NCBI GenBank assembly: GCA_963924565.1
Contig: OZ004615.1
Location: forward strand, 19,840,001-19,904,000
From: Ascidiella aspersa
Taxonomy: Eukaryota
DNA length: 64,000 nucleotides
Direction of reading: 5' to 3'
The notes beneath the pieces are model-generated. The model was not told the DNA's origin, ran no database searches, and worked only from the letters and a program-made list of their open reading frames with translations. Made by a program: the position numbers and the translations under genes. Positions 35,001 through 47,578 of the stretch are shown here, piece after piece; the stretch's first letter is position 1; each line of letters opens with the position of its first letter.

Positions 35001-38000
35001 ACAAACATATATAGTTTGTTAAGCGACCAGTGACAGAATGACTTGGTCGTTAGTTCGAATCTTGTCAGCGGCCTGTTTCTATTTTTTTCATAGGAAAAAT
35101 ATTTGCGTGCAACCCACTCGACAATTATAAGTTTCAAACAATTATTTTTGGTTTTCGCTGATACATTCGAGGAGAGGACAATCTAACAGATCGTTTTGGC
35201 TCTGTGGTTTACCCCGATAAGAAATTCATGTTTTTAAATAGGATTGGTACCCGTGACAGAGAACCAAAAAAGTATCCGTTACAGGACAAAGAGTTCTTTC
35301 AAAAATTGCAGTCTGCAAAGCGTTAACTCATAGGACACTCTCGGAGCACATAAAAACGTCATGCTAGTCTAGTTTTAATAAGTTATCACCAGTGACCAAT
35401 GTACCCATTACCGCGTGGAAAAAAATTAATTTTTTTTAAAGCATTGAGAACACCATTCTGCTGAGCAGGTATAATTTTATCAATCTATAAAACGTTTTTC
35501 TATAATATTGTGTCAACGACAAACAAGCGATTTTCTCGATTGGTAATTTGTTAAACCTTTAAAATTAAAATGTCTTCGGTATTATTCCAATGCATATCTC
35601 CTAAAAGTAAAGTAAAAGTTGCAAAACACCGGCATTTGTTAGCACCAGCGTGCGCTTTCGGGGTTACGATAGCATCAAAGACATCGTTTTCAGGCTCTTC
35701 TCGGAAGGCGGCAACTTCTCGCCCGACGAAACGACCCCTCTGCGTAAAAAGCTGGAGAAGATGTCGCAGAAGGTGGACGCCGCCGAGGGATTGGTGATGA
35801 AGGACCTCGAAGGCATGGAGTCTCGCCGGCTCGACCAGGCAACCGACATCGTCGGCAAGTTCGAAGACCGGTGCGTTGTTGAGTTTCTGATGTTTGAGAT
35901 TTATCGGCGAAATGTTGAATATCGTTTTTGACGCATGTTGATATCAATAGGCGAAAAATGCATTTTTTTCTTGTGCATTTTTTGGGGCAAAAATAGCTTA
36001 AGTTTTTGAGATTTGTCGGCGTTATACATCGTTTTGCACGCATGTTAATATTATTAGGCGAAAATTGCATTTGGCTTTTGATAGGCAAAAATAGCTTTTT
36101 CCGATTTGTTTAAATTATTATAGGCGTTTTTGATTTTTAAATTTATACTTTAAAATACATTTTTGATTTTTAAATATAATTATATTTTAAATGACCGCAA
36201 GGTATCTACATTTTTTATATGGCAAACATATTGGCGATTATAAGGATCATATAACATATACACCAGTAACACCAGTAAAGTTTTTTTCGACGGGCTCACT
36301 GAAGTCATCAAATCTAATACCAGGCTGCGATTGTAGCTTTGAGGTCGTGAGTTCGAAACTCTTTGCAAGCCACTGTTGCCTAATTGCCCTTAGAACAAAT
36401 ATATAGGCGTCGTTGCTGCACTATTACTTTTTGGATAACAGAAGGCACGAAATACGCACTAATTATTTTCCAGGGGTTCTTAAACTTGGGTCCATGGACC
36501 CCTTGGGGGTCCGTGAACTAATTTTAGGGGGTCCATGAAGGCCTAATGGAAATAGTAGTATACATTTAAAAAATAATAAATTTTTAAAATAACTTTAATT
36601 AAAATTAAAACGTTTTGCACTGAATGTTAAATCCATTACACTTCCACATTTTTGTACCGAAATCGGCAGATTTCTGAGGGCTATTTGTATTGTGACGTCA
36701 ATTTATCACGTCATTATTGAAACTTTCTCGCCTACCGTGGTCCACGCGAGGTAAAATAAAATTTTAGGGGTCCGCGGTAAAAAAAGTTTAAGAACCCCTG
36801 TGTTATACCATCACATTCTTGTGCCGCTGTTGAACAATTTATCCACGCATTTATAGATTCAAGAGCCACATGGTCGACCTCTCCTTCATCGAAAAGATGA
36901 AGCGATGGCTGACAAATGCGCAGGTCCGGATCAAGACCGAGGTTGCCCATAGCAACGGAATGGCGGTCGAGGTGGCCAGCCACTTGAGTGCGCTAAAGCG
37001 TCGCGTAGACGCCTGCGAAAAGCCCAACATTGATAAGGAGGTGACTGCTATTTTAAAAGTATGGAATCGTTAATGTTGGATCCAACACGAAAATTTCGTT
37101 GGAATCCCGACTATACTGAATAGAATAGTCGGCTTATTTTAAGCCTGAAACCATTTGTTATGGTAGGTTTTTTGACTGATACTAAAGGTGTGGTACAGTA
37201 GGCAATCGCAAACTAAACAAACATAACCATATTATGCATGCATATATTCGGTAACTTAAGTTACTGTATAACCCTTGCTAAGAATAACTGCTCGTCGGCT
37301 TCTAAAAAATACATTAGCCTTGTGTACAGTACTGGAATTCATGTAGTAGTAGGATATTCCAACAAAATTATTTTTGCTACTTTTTTTCCCGATCAATCGG
37401 TAACGGGGTAGTAAAAAGTATTTTAAACACCCTTAATTATAACACTCTGGCAAACTGGTTCAAAAAGTTTGGATCTGCGTGTCTCGCAAGGTTCACGAAA
37501 CTTTTTTTTACCATAACAAAACGAAAAATTTAATAAAAAAACTAAAAAATGTAGAAAAGTGTAAATTTACTGTATTGTCAGCCGTACTGTATTGTTTTTA
37601 TAGATCGCAGTTTAACCTTCATCATGACCGTTGTTACATCATCAGTAATATTCTTGTATTGAACTGTGAGCCATTAGACTAAAAAACTGCACTTATTGTT
37701 CCTTGTTCCTAATCCGTCAAACAAAATCGTGGTCCGCGTCCTTGCGTACTAAATCCTCTGTTTGTTCAGAGCGTGACCCCTGAACTTCTGCGAACCTACG
37801 TAGACGAGGTGATGGAATGTCTCCACAAGAGGGCGGTATACCTCAACTGCAAGAAGCAGGCTCCAATGCTGTCCATTGACGTCAAGGTGAAAATTACATT
37901 ATCACAATACTGACGTGCACATTTTCCAAGGATGAACTTGCTATCATGGGCGGTGGCCATGCTCCCCACACACGCTGTATTTTTTCGCTTACTTTACCTA

Positions 38001-41000
38001 CTTAAATGAACCATTTCGATGAATTTGGATTTGCCCAAAAGCGTCCTACGTCTCATCGCACCATCGAAAATTAAAATTTTCGAAATTTACGAATAAAATA
38101 GCGTTTTTATGCTTCGCCCTAATCGATAACATTTTTTTAACATGGCTTTTGTATCGAAAATAACACCTCTTAAAACTAAAACTTAATAAACGAACTGTGT
38201 TGTGTTTTAGGATTACTTTATGTCGTCACGTTTAGATATAACTTTGTGACGTCACGTTGAGTCGTGACTTAATGACGTAACTTTGTGACGTCGTCTCTGA
38301 AAATTTCCCCCCCAAAATATAGATATATATTTCAAAAAATTTTTTTTAAATGATTCCTAATTTTTTTTTCTTAATTTCAGTCTGATCCAGTGACCCAAGA
38401 CCGACAGAGTCCCGCTCCCCCGCCGTCGGCCGGTCCGGCACCAAAGACAACGGCGTCCAAGCGACGCGACAGCGCGCGGAAGACTGCCAGCAGGCAGGGG
38501 GTGGACACCCAGGGGTCGACCTACAGCAAGGGCGGGAGACAGCCGACTGACGATTCGGCCATCGGAGTCATTAAGAACATTCTGAGGTAGGGACAGGCGT
38601 TCAGAAACTATTAAATTTGGTAATTACCTGTTTATGCTGCACTGGAAAAGACGTGCCTTGTCTGAAAAAAATATGTTTTTTGCGTTTTTTAGATGGAAAT
38701 CCTGTCTGTAAGTAACTATTTATCATATCGTTGCTGTATTCTTAGGATGAAATAATCCGCCATTTCATCTTTATATGCATAAAATATAAATTTCGTTTGT
38801 TAAAATAAACAAAATAGCGAATTGACGGTCTTTGACAGGGTTAATGTCGTAAAAATGGGTAAGACGATCCGCCTAACCTATACTTAGTACATTCCAAAGT
38901 GTTGCCGACCAACTGACTTCTGAACAAAAGATACACAGTAAGCATTCACATAAAAAGGCGCAAAGGCGTGAGTAAAAAGTTAGAACTGACTCTTTCAGAA
39001 TTAGGCTACTCGAACTGTAAAACGACGAAGTATTTTTCCGTGACTTCTATCTGTTATGCGCAAAAAGGTATTGTGCGTGAAACCTGTGCGTAAATTGGAC
39101 TGAATTGTGTTCTCACTAAGTTTATGTTTACCAGAGCTCAGAAGAGCGGTTTCGATCCGGAGGACGCAAGATCGATTATGACTGGAACGACAAGGGCCCC
39201 GCCTTCCACGTCAAACTCACAGGTAAAGATTTAATATGCCTTGCACTGCCAACTTAGAGTTTATTGGATTGTATCATCTCGCCTTTGCTAATAATACATT
39301 CCAAGAGTAATATATCGTTTGATTTAAGAAACAGCTTGTTCTGCGTTTTTGACAAAATATATTTGTTTTTGTGTATTAAAAAATACAGTACTTCATATGA
39401 GTTTAAAAACTGTTTAAAAATTAATCATAGCGTCTAAACCAGTTTGGTGGCCGAGCTTTATGCTTTCTCTGTACTTGTGTGAAAAATCTAAATTCTGCTT
39501 TATTTTAAACACGCGTATTAAATAAAATAAGTCTATTTTTGGTTTGCCTATGGATTTATACGAGGGTGAATTTTTGTTGAATCCGCCATCATCAATTGCA
39601 AGTTCTGTCTGTTGGTCATTTCTTGACTGGCTCGTCTATTTCTTTTAAACTTGAAGAGTTTACGTTTTACTTGTTGTTTTTGATCCTATTTCATAAGATA
39701 CCGATGATGCTTTTATGAGCGAAATATATTTACCATGGAACATCCAAACAAACTGATTTTCGGTTTACTAAGTTCTGTAATTGGTTTAATCTTTATCATT
39801 AATGTGCAACCAGAATCGTTTCTGTTTCACCATCCGAGTTCAGGAAGATCCAGTTATACAAAAGAAAATTCTGATTATTACCACAAGATCCTTTTACATA
39901 TATGCTTTTTCATGGGATATTCGTGTAACCACAATACATTGAGTGTTGTCTTGATAACAAAGTAAAAAATGCTTTGTCCCAATCCAGCTTGGGCCCTCCA
40001 AACACCCAAACCGGCTGCAACGTCAAGGAACGCTCGCCAGCATTGCTGGAAGTAACTCGGGAGAATCCGACGTCGAAAAGAAGACTCCTATGGACGGGTC
40101 GGTTGAAATTTATCAAGTCTTCTGTGTTGTACTTTTTTTGATATTTACAACGAGAATCTACGTGTAAAACTGTAGTGCTTCTGAGACATGAAATGTTTGT
40201 TAGTTTTTTTTTAGTTTTTTGTTATATTAAGGGGAAGCGATAGCTATACAATGTCACGTTTTATCATCGTCACGCCATTTGGAAGAAAAAAGGCAATCGC
40301 ATGGTTTCATTTGTGTGTTCTAAAAAAAAATAGTCAATCAGGTGTTGCAAAGGTGTGCTTCTTTAATCAACATTTTCTCTCCTATTAAACAACGTTTGAA
40401 ACATTTTAGTTTCTAATTAAAGTTTTAGCTACATGTAAAACAAGATTACGTTTCAGAGTACTCTCTGGAGTGTATCGCAGACGAGAGACGAAGTTCGACG
40501 CCAAGTTCATGATTTTTGGGGTAAAATCAATGGAGGGCACGCACTTTCTCGCCAAGGTCAGTTCACGGTCGAATATCAAAAGTCAAATAACACTTAAGTG
40601 GCCTTACTTCAGGCTTGTTGAAATACTGTGGGAAATTCTGCAGATTTAAACATTAATTTAGACAAAAAGTGCTATTATTATGTACCATTTTTACCTTTCG
40701 ATGCAAAAAAAATGTACACAAATTTTACTAATTTTGATTGCATAGAAATTACAATCGCCTAATTTTGTTTAATTCAAGACACTATCTTGAACACTGATCT
40801 ATATACTGTGAAACTACTTGTTGTCTAGTGGTAACTCTTCATCTGTTTTTCAGTTATTGAACTATACAGTGTAATATATTTACAACGTTTTGTATTTTAA
40901 GCAAGTCGCTTTTTATTTGTTCAGGCACATCAAATCCTGTTCGAGGCTTTGGACGGAATGCTTTCCACCGCTGAGATTTATTACAAGCAAAAGGGATCAA

Positions 41001-44000
41001 GAGCGTTAACCAGGCCAAACCTCATACAGGTTTCTGTTTGATTCCTAAATCTGTTAGAAACTGCATTTCGAACTATTAATAAAGAACTATTACTGTACTT
41101 TTGTTAGCTGAAAGCCTTCGTTTATAAAGAATTTCCGATAAACAGTAAACTTTTAAACAAAGATAAATTTGAGAGGTTCTTTTGATAAAGTTGTTATCAA
41201 TGGTGAAAGTAACTCGGAACGAAAGTTTGTCGTTTATTCGCAAGGCCAAAAGCTATGTTAGCCTATTTTAGTTTCATATTTGTGCACGACTTTGAACGCT
41301 AAGCCTAGAATTTTTAGGGTTGCATATTGTGAGGTACGTTTATGGCGCAACTCCATGACGTCATCCTCGAAAATTTTCATGCATTAGAAAAGTTTTTCAT
41401 CATTCCTTTAAGAACACTGTTTTACTTTTACCCCTGGTTTAATTGGATGAAATCATAGGTTGAAGAACTGTTTTAATGTGTTTTAAAATAAAACCTACTA
41501 AGTACGCACAAAAACAAGTCTTAAGCCAATAAAATAAATAAATAATGTACAAGGCACCAGTGGGAAAATACATTTAATTAAGGCTCATTATTCACAGGGC
41601 ATAGATGGGAGATAACTACATTTTTGGGACGATAGGCAGTTTCGTAGCCTCAGTCAGTTCGATGTTTAAGTATCAATTTTACGTGATCGCTAGTCAATTC
41701 GCTGTTTCAAACCTTACAAAAAATAGTCGTGTTTCTCTGTTGTTATACAAGCAGGCGACTTTTACCAACTCGGTCACGTTACTTGCTGTCTATTATAAAC
41801 TTGATGCTTTCTTTCAGGACAACTTCGATCAGTGTGGCGAGAAGGTGGTCGAAAAACTGGGAAACTTCGAGAAGCAGACCAACGCTTTCCACAACAATTC
41901 CTTGCAAGGTTAATAAAACACGTATTTCCTAAATTTATATTAAAAGTTTTATTATAAGTCCTTGTTGACTGTTTGATGTTCGAAGCGGTGCGCTTCTAAA
42001 GCTATTAAAAGTTTTCAGAACTTTGAATGTCGGGATTATGTGTTCTTTTGTAGGGCAAAATGCTCTCGTACTAAGCATTATCTACAATATAAAAGCAAAG
42101 CTTAAAAACCTGAGTAAAACCAGGATCAGACACTTCTTTAAAGGAATCTATATTTTACTGGCATAGTCAGTTCATATTGGTATAAGTTAAAGCATTACCT
42201 AAGTTATGCTAACAAACTATTGGAAACATTTGTCATACATAACTGAGGTCGGGAGCTTAAACAAACGCAGCTAAGACCGATGACCTGAGGCTTCCGGTCG
42301 AATGATGAAAAAATATTTTACAATAGTTATGGCATTTAGGCTTGTTTGTTGCTTTAAGAGTCAAAAGTTTGTAAGTTATTACCAGTTTAAAAAAATAACG
42401 TGAGACGTAGTTCTAACGTTAGCATTACGTTGAAAACTAACTTGGCTTCTGAAGCTCTAAATTTAAGGGATTACAAATTAAAGATAGTCAAAAAGTTTGC
42501 TGCGACGAGTGTCTACTGGTGAATGCTTAGTGTTTTAGTAAGCGATTGCAAACATTTTTAATAGTATTTTACGTAAACAAAGAAAAAAACTTGTAAATAA
42601 AAAAGACCAGGCTGTTGCTCAAATGGACCAAATGAAATACGCTATAAGGTAATACCAGTTTTAAAAAAATAACTGATAATATTTTCTTTACTTTAAAAAC
42701 TAACTTGGCTTCTTAAGCTCTAAATTTAAGGTATTACCTACTAGGCTACTATGGCACCTAAAGACACCTAAACCCAATTTCACTTTGCTGATTCAACCTT
42801 CAGTAGATATCAATCAGTTTAACGAATCATTCGTCCACCTGCCCATAACTACTCCCCGTTTCTATGGCGACAGACTTCCGCAAGTTGCTCCGTGATCTTG
42901 AAGAAGAGATGTGCAACGTCCCGCGACTCGTCCTTTCCGATCTCCTGCGCCAGGAGCTGGACGTGCTCGACGGAGGACAGGAGCAGCTCCGGGAAGAGTT
43001 TAGGAGCAAGGAGCAAGTATGGGAAGTCCAGAAGGTAAGCGCAGTGGGTTAAAAACTCTGAATTACGTGCGTTCAGTGTTGTAATTTTTAAAATAAAGTC
43101 TCTTCATTGTCATTAGCTGGGCTGCACAGTCGATTAAAACTTCCGTGTCCGATTCCAGCCAAAAAATTAACTCGAGTCCAACTTCAGCCAAAATAATAAA
43201 TCCGAATCCGACTTCAGCCGAAAAAATAAACCCGAGTCCGACTTCAGCCGAAAAAATAAACCCGAGTCCGACTTCAGGCGAAAAAATAAACTCGAGTCCG
43301 ACTCCGGCCAAATGTGCGATTTCGTCGAGTCCTGAGTCCGACTCCGGCTCAAGCCTGTATTTCGCCAATTTACATAACTAAACACGCGCATATTCAGCAA
43401 TCAACTTATAGGGGTGTCATATAATTTTTCCACTCACAATACATGGTTGGAAAATATTCCACCATTTGCTATTACACTTGTGCGATTTACAGTTGGCGGC
43501 CATATCAGCTTCAAAATTTGATGCTGCACATTCGTACTTTGGACTCGAGACTCGGGTAGTTTTACGTGGTCTTACTCGAGTCCCGACTCCGACTCCACAG
43601 CCCTGGTCATAAGTCATTTTTGTTAAGTCCAAGTGAATCCAATTCGAATTTATTCCTCACTTCAAGTCCAAATCAAGATATTTCAACAAGAATCATGCTT
43701 GTTCAAAGTACCTTGTCTTGGACTTGATCTGCACTGACATTAATTTCGAATTGGACTTGACCTAATATTTCTTAAAATTACTTCACTTGAATTTGTTACG
43801 TTGTTTGCAATTTCTTTCAAGTAAGGAATTTCATGCAGTTTAAAAGGTCAAATCCATTCTCACAACCATTTTGTGGCAATATCACATACCTTTAACACGT
43901 GTTAAATACTAAAGCCGGCTTTATGCTTTTGCAGAAAAGCCACAAGCAGGATCTGCGTCCAACCTTGGGTCACCCTGATCAAGAACCTGCTCTTCTTGAG

Positions 44001-46248
44001 CTTTCGGAACAGGAGAACGCCAGACAGGTCAGTATTGGCTTATTCGAAGTTTTCCAAGTGCAAAAACAAAACACGTCGAAATATTAAATACAAAAAACGT
44101 TTAGAAAAACCTTTTACGCTGAGATGTGTTAGCGGCAAGCTGATTAAATAGCTTTAAACATACTTTTAAATTATATAAACTAAAACATGTAGTATGTTAA
44201 CCTTTTACATAATTTTATCTGAATATATATTTGTTTTATTCGTGCATTGTGATTGTTTTCATTTCTACTTTGACATGATGAAGCAGGGTGCTGCTAAAGC
44301 TCGAGACTTCAATGCAATTTGTCTTTATAAAGTTTTTTTTTCTTACATATTGTTATTGTGACGTCACAGGAGCGTCACGTGACCGGCATAGCGGAGCAGG
44401 CCAAGGCAAGAGTGTCGAACGTTCGAGAATGCGCGTCGCGTTTTGCGGGAAAGATTGCATCGTGCTCTGCCCAGCTGCTGCGACAGTACGACAACCTGCT
44501 CACAATTGATGACGTCATTGTCGGAAGTACGTCATCTTTTTTTATTTTTTATATTTCAATGAATGGGTGCGTTTACGGTGAGGCACAAACATTTATTGGT
44601 CGTGTGCCACCTTTTAGGGGATTTCCGCTCTGGTTGCAATACTGAATTTATCTGTGAAACAAAAAGTGCAAAATTTTTTCGTACTTAAGTCAAAACAGAA
44701 CTTAAAACTCCCGAAGCAGCTTAAAACGAAATAATAAAGAGAAAAATATTTAGTGCTAGAACAAAAAATTATCCAAATTAATTAACAAATAATGTAAAAG
44801 TTTTGGTAAAAAAATAAATGTTTGGGTAAAATTCGTTAACTGGATTTAAAAAGCGAAGTTGTTACAGACTTTTTTTTTTTTTTTTAAAGCGAAGTTGTTA
44901 CAGAATTTTTTTGGGAGAACGTCCTTGAAGCTTCTCTCAAAAAAGCCAGTTACCACCAGTCCGCCAACCTTTAATAAGAAGGGTACATTTTAAATGCAAA
45001 ACTTCTCGCGAATCTGTTTACAAAAATAGATATTCCTAATATACAATTTCGTTCGTTAAACTATTTCATTCCCCAAAGCACAAGAAACAATAGAGCACGG
45101 TAAAAAAACCTTTTCACATGCTCACAGTTCACCTTAATTTGCCGATTTCAGGGGTTCCACCAAAAAAGGAACTGACCAGCGTGCTGATCCGGCGCCGTGG
45201 GACGGGCGTTGCCATGGGCGACGTGGCCGACCCCCGCTTTGGCGAGAAGCCCATTGTCGAACGCGGCCCGAGACAATGGAAGCCTCTCGACTTCTCTATA
45301 CTGGACCTTCTTCCGTCCGATGACACAGTCGTCGGCAATGGTTAGTTTTTTTTTATATTTAAGGATTTTTTTCTTAAAACTATTTTTATGGTGAAATTTT
45401 GCGTTGCTTTGAAAGTTTCCTAATTTTAGTCCGTTTTCTAAATTAAAAGCTGCCCTGTAAGCAGTTTTTTTCGTTTGAATATATGGTATCAGTGTTTGTA
45501 ATCAGGAAACGTTTTTTTGTTTGGATTCTCAATCAAAGCTTATTCTTTTGCTCAGTTTTCTTATAGTTTGCAGTTTTAACCCTGTGAAATACCTGTTGGC
45601 CACTTATCTCTAAACTACACGCTTGTGTTTTAAAATCGAGAATCGACTATTACTTTTGTAACACTGTCCATGTCCAACGATAGCGACACGTCTTTCAGTA
45701 GCAAGAGCTGTTAACGGCACTAGAAAGAAGCGGTTTTTAAAATGTAGCTAACCCCAAAAAGACGGATTGGACCCTTTTAGATAATAAGTGAAAAATAGAT
45801 GCTACCTTGACCTACTTTATTGCAACAAAACAGTACGTGTAAGATTTAATTGGACATTGGAATGCGAATTTTAAGTTTCTATTAGGTTTAGTATCCAATC
45901 CGTAGCTCGTGTTTTTTACGAAACCGCGGTAAGCGAAATCCGTGGAAGTTCAGAAGTAACAACACAAACACGTTTAAAACCGGCTGCTGTAGAGCGACGA
46001 AACCACAATTTCATATTTTTCTGTTAACAATTTCCTACTACCCAGATCCGACCAACACAAGTGCGACCACCCTTCCTCACACAACCGTCGCCAGCATTCG
46101 GGAAGAGGTTCTGCGACGGTATCGTGACGCGCACGTCGAGGCGACACGCGACATTCGCGACACGGAAAACGTCGCGCTGCAGGCCGAGCGAAGATGGAAG
46201 GCCAACTGGAGCGACTCAATTCGGCACGTCAAGAAACTTTACAAATAA
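14054..46248 (+). CDS. CCDC180: Coiled-coil domain-containing protein 180 (cilia/flagella-associated), 32 coding exons, ~1557 aa
   Basis: Exons: 14054-14349, 15149-15295, 15765-15902, 16443-16596, 18219-18343, 21203-21337, 22718-22847, 25598-25756, 27446-27568, 27708-27836, 28264-28424, 29213-29342, 31001-31087, 31645-31837, 32913-32994, 33255-33430, 33937-34117, 34722-34868, 35694-35870, 36857-37040, 37770-37886, 38381-38586, 39135-39222, 39988-40097, 40457-40556, 40925-41029, 41818-41908, 42874-43034, 43935-44027, 44370-44526, 45152-45340, 46046-46248. All junctions are GT-AG and phase-consistent; total 4674 nt. Motifs matching recalled human CCDC180: GKVYRQMFDAEVQL, PNDSVTENPV, AREVRGL, SELDLRLHLHAPR, LFSEGGNFSP, DLSFIEK, TIDDV, KPIVERGPRQW, and a C-terminal RWKANW...LY. 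Confidence 0.93.
17940..18129. mobile_element. GACTT-repeat MITE family, partial copy
   Basis: Internal GACTTGACTT/AAGTC arrays and terminal TTACAACACTG; same family as 25778-26177 and 57357-57823. Confidence 0.7.
20342..20639. mobile_element. hAT-type MITE
   Basis: TIRs CAGTGATTCCAAAA / TTTGGCAATCACTG; perfect 8-bp TSD TCCTAAAC. Confidence 0.85.
22302..22551 (-). mobile_element. Dispersed repeat with internal tRNA-like cloverleaf (22379-22452)
   Basis: Minus strand reads GCCTGCA-TAGCTTAGTTGGTAGAGC-GA-CGGTC ccggctt GACCG-GAGGTC-GTGAG TTCGAAC CTCAC-TGCAGGC, then TTTTT. A and B boxes are intact. Flanks are shared with the copies at 33536-33839 and 55646-55894. Confidence 0.8.
25778..26177. 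mobile_element. GACTT-repeat MITE (hAT-like ends)
   Basis: TIRs CAGTGTTGTAA / TTACAGCACTG with internal GACTTGACTT arrays. Confidence 0.75.
28187..28229. repeat. (TG)n microsatellite, interrupted
   Basis: ATGTGTGTGTGCGCACGTGTGTGTGTGTGTGTGTGTATGTGTA, just upstream of CCDC180 exon 11. Confidence 0.85.
28833..29253 (+). repeat. Diverged ~210-bp tandem duplication covering the intron end and first ~40 nt of CCDC180 exon 12
   Basis: TGCTTTCGCAG|CTACCGCGA...CCAGATGAACAAGACTTCGG occurs at 28998-29049 and 29202-29253. The upstream intronic motifs (AAATTTCA, CAAAGTTTAC, TGCAAAAATTCCGA, TTACATGGTT) are also duplicated. Confidence 0.85.
29418..30116. mobile_element. hAT (Charlie-like) non-autonomous DNA transposon nested in a tRNA-repeat copy
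   Basis: TIRs CAGGGGTCGTCAACC / GGTTGTCGACCCCTG with subterminal GCGGGCCG motifs. tRNA-repeat fragments lie on both sides (29374-29404 and 30133-30215). Confidence 0.8.
30497..30614. repeat. Perfect 40-bp tandem repeat x3
   Basis: Unit GCTTAAGCTGGCAAATCTGAGCTATGTAAACAGGCGAAGG; the last copy lacks the final 2 nt. Confidence 0.95.
32001..32110. mobile_element. Inverted pair of the hammerhead-containing repeat
   Basis: 32001-32050 is the reverse complement of the repeat 3' part. 32056-32097 reads ATTAA-CTGAAGA-T-GATA-(8)-TATC-aAcAC-GTt-TTAAT. Confidence 0.6.
32121..32288. mobile_element. hAT-type MITE
   Basis: TIRs CAGTGGTTCTTAA / TTAAGAACCACTG; perfect 8-bp TSD TACTAGAC. Confidence 0.9.
33536..33839 (+). 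mobile_element. tRNA-like repeat copy bounded by ~45-bp terminal inverted repeats
   Basis: AAGTACACCGAAAGCCATCACAGACTCACCGAATCTGTCGAT ... ATCGACAGATTCGGTAAGTCTGCCATGGCTTTCGGTGTACTT. The internal tRNA-like part (33709-33761) lacks the anticodon arm. Confidence 0.8.
36471..36800. mobile_element. hAT-type MITE
   Basis: TIRs CAGGGGTTCTTAAACTT / AAGTTTAAGAACCCCTG; internal GGGGTCC repeats; TSD degenerate. Confidence 0.8.
43117..43605. mobile_element. hAT-type MITE with internal 30-bp minisatellite
   Basis: Ends CTGGGCTG / CAGCCCTG; TSD GTCATTAG vs GTCATAAG (7/8). Contains ~5 copies of AGCCGAAAAAATAAACCCGAGTCCGACTTC at ~43157-43310. Confidence 0.8.
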
Positions 46249-47411
46249 ATCTCGTTCGCGCACTGTTTTGCGCTTTGGCGTCGCTTCTAGTTCGTGTCTG
46301 CTCAGTTTTTTTTTATGTACTTCTCACTGATAAAGGAAACACTAACAGCTTGCGCCTGAAAATAAAATATTTTTTGAATGAAAGGCTGAGTGGGTTGTGG
46401 CTGGATTTTGTTTGACTATATAAAAAGCTAGCGATGGTCCGAGATTTTTGGTTTAGAACATTCAGGTTAACGTTTTTTCAAGCGCTACGCAACCTTCTTT
46501 ATAATACTCATCGCAAAAAAAGTAAGAATTCATCAATTAAAAGACATTGGTGGCATGAAAATGTGGGCTACAGGATAGACGTTAAAAATTAACGTCATAC
46601 AACAATTTAACTTTAAGCGCATGTTGTTCTTGAGCGAACCAAGTGCGAAAATATGTGCATGAATATTAAAATCATCTTAAATCCCATTTAAACCCGCGAT
46701 GCGCGAAAAAATGCGTTTGTTTGGTTTAGATTGGCGAAAATTTTACTCCAAAAATTAAACGCATATATAGGCATATAAGTTTGCATATCGCTCGAATAGC
46801 GGTATTTATAGTCTATTGTCCAATAACTTAAGTCAATTACTTGACTTGACGTTTTTAGGCAGTTTAATTTTTATTTTATGCGAAATGACTTGGGCTGAAA
46901 TGAAGTGTGTTCCATACGCATAATTGTTGGGAAATTGGATCATTTATTCGTGTTTGTGCATGTAAAACAAAAAGATTGCTATATGTTGCGTTTTGTGTTA
47001 TTTTTTAGTTGAGTTATTGCTCATAATCGCAAGAGTTACCAAATTTAAATAGTTTAACGTTTAATTTAAATGGCAAGAACATGACTTGAAATTGATTTCC
47101 TTGTTTTATGACTTGACCAGAATTTCATTTTACGTCTTACTACAACCTCCGACCACTATGCCCCAAATGACTTGACTTGTTATTAGTGTTTTGCAAATTA
47201 CTTGACTTGTACTGAAGTCATTTTAAAATGACTTGTGTACAGCACTGTTAGTTTCCTAAATATAGCGATTAGTTGAGCATGAGAAATGCCGTGCAGTAAG
47301 CGCTTTGAGGTTAAATTAGTTTTATTAAACAGAAAAAAATGGTAAAACGGATAGATGTTGGTACAAGAAATTTTATTTTACAAAAGTTTCATAGAGATCA
47401 CTGGGTATTAC

Positions 47412-47442
47412 CCAAAGAGATTATAACCTATAATCTCTTTGG
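47412..47442. repeat. Perfect 14-bp-stem palindrome
   Basis: CCAAAGAGATTATA-acc-TATAATCTCTTTGG, flanked by a GGTATTACC direct repeat. Confidence 0.85.
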
Positions 47443-47484
47443 TATTACCAATTTAATAATAAATTCGTTAATAGAGCGTGAAAA

Positions 47485-47578
47485 GGGTAATTCCCAATAG
47501 CGTAACTTTTGTTCGCTGTTGTTTACCTTTTTCAATCATTTTTGGTTCCGCTTTCGCAAGCGTTAACCTTTTGCTTTC
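47485..47578. promoter_or_regulatory. NF-kB-like and IRF-like motifs in the putative promoter of the PARP gene
   Basis: GGGTAATTCCC at 47485-47495; minus-strand CGAAAGCGGAACC (47544-47556) and GAAAGCAAAAGG (47567-47578). Confidence 0.4.

Noticed and set aside
38220-38295. Cluster of TGACGTCA-like CRE words
   Set aside because: Explained by a short local duplication; no other support.
43063-43400. Repetitive ORFs (KINPSPTSAE)n on both strands
   Set aside because: Translation of a 30-bp minisatellite inside a MITE.
45684-45732. Possible extra CCDC180 micro-exon (ATRLSVARAVNGTRKK)
   Set aside because: Weak donor and a phase-2 end that is incompatible with the phase-1 last exon; exon 31 joins exon 32 directly.
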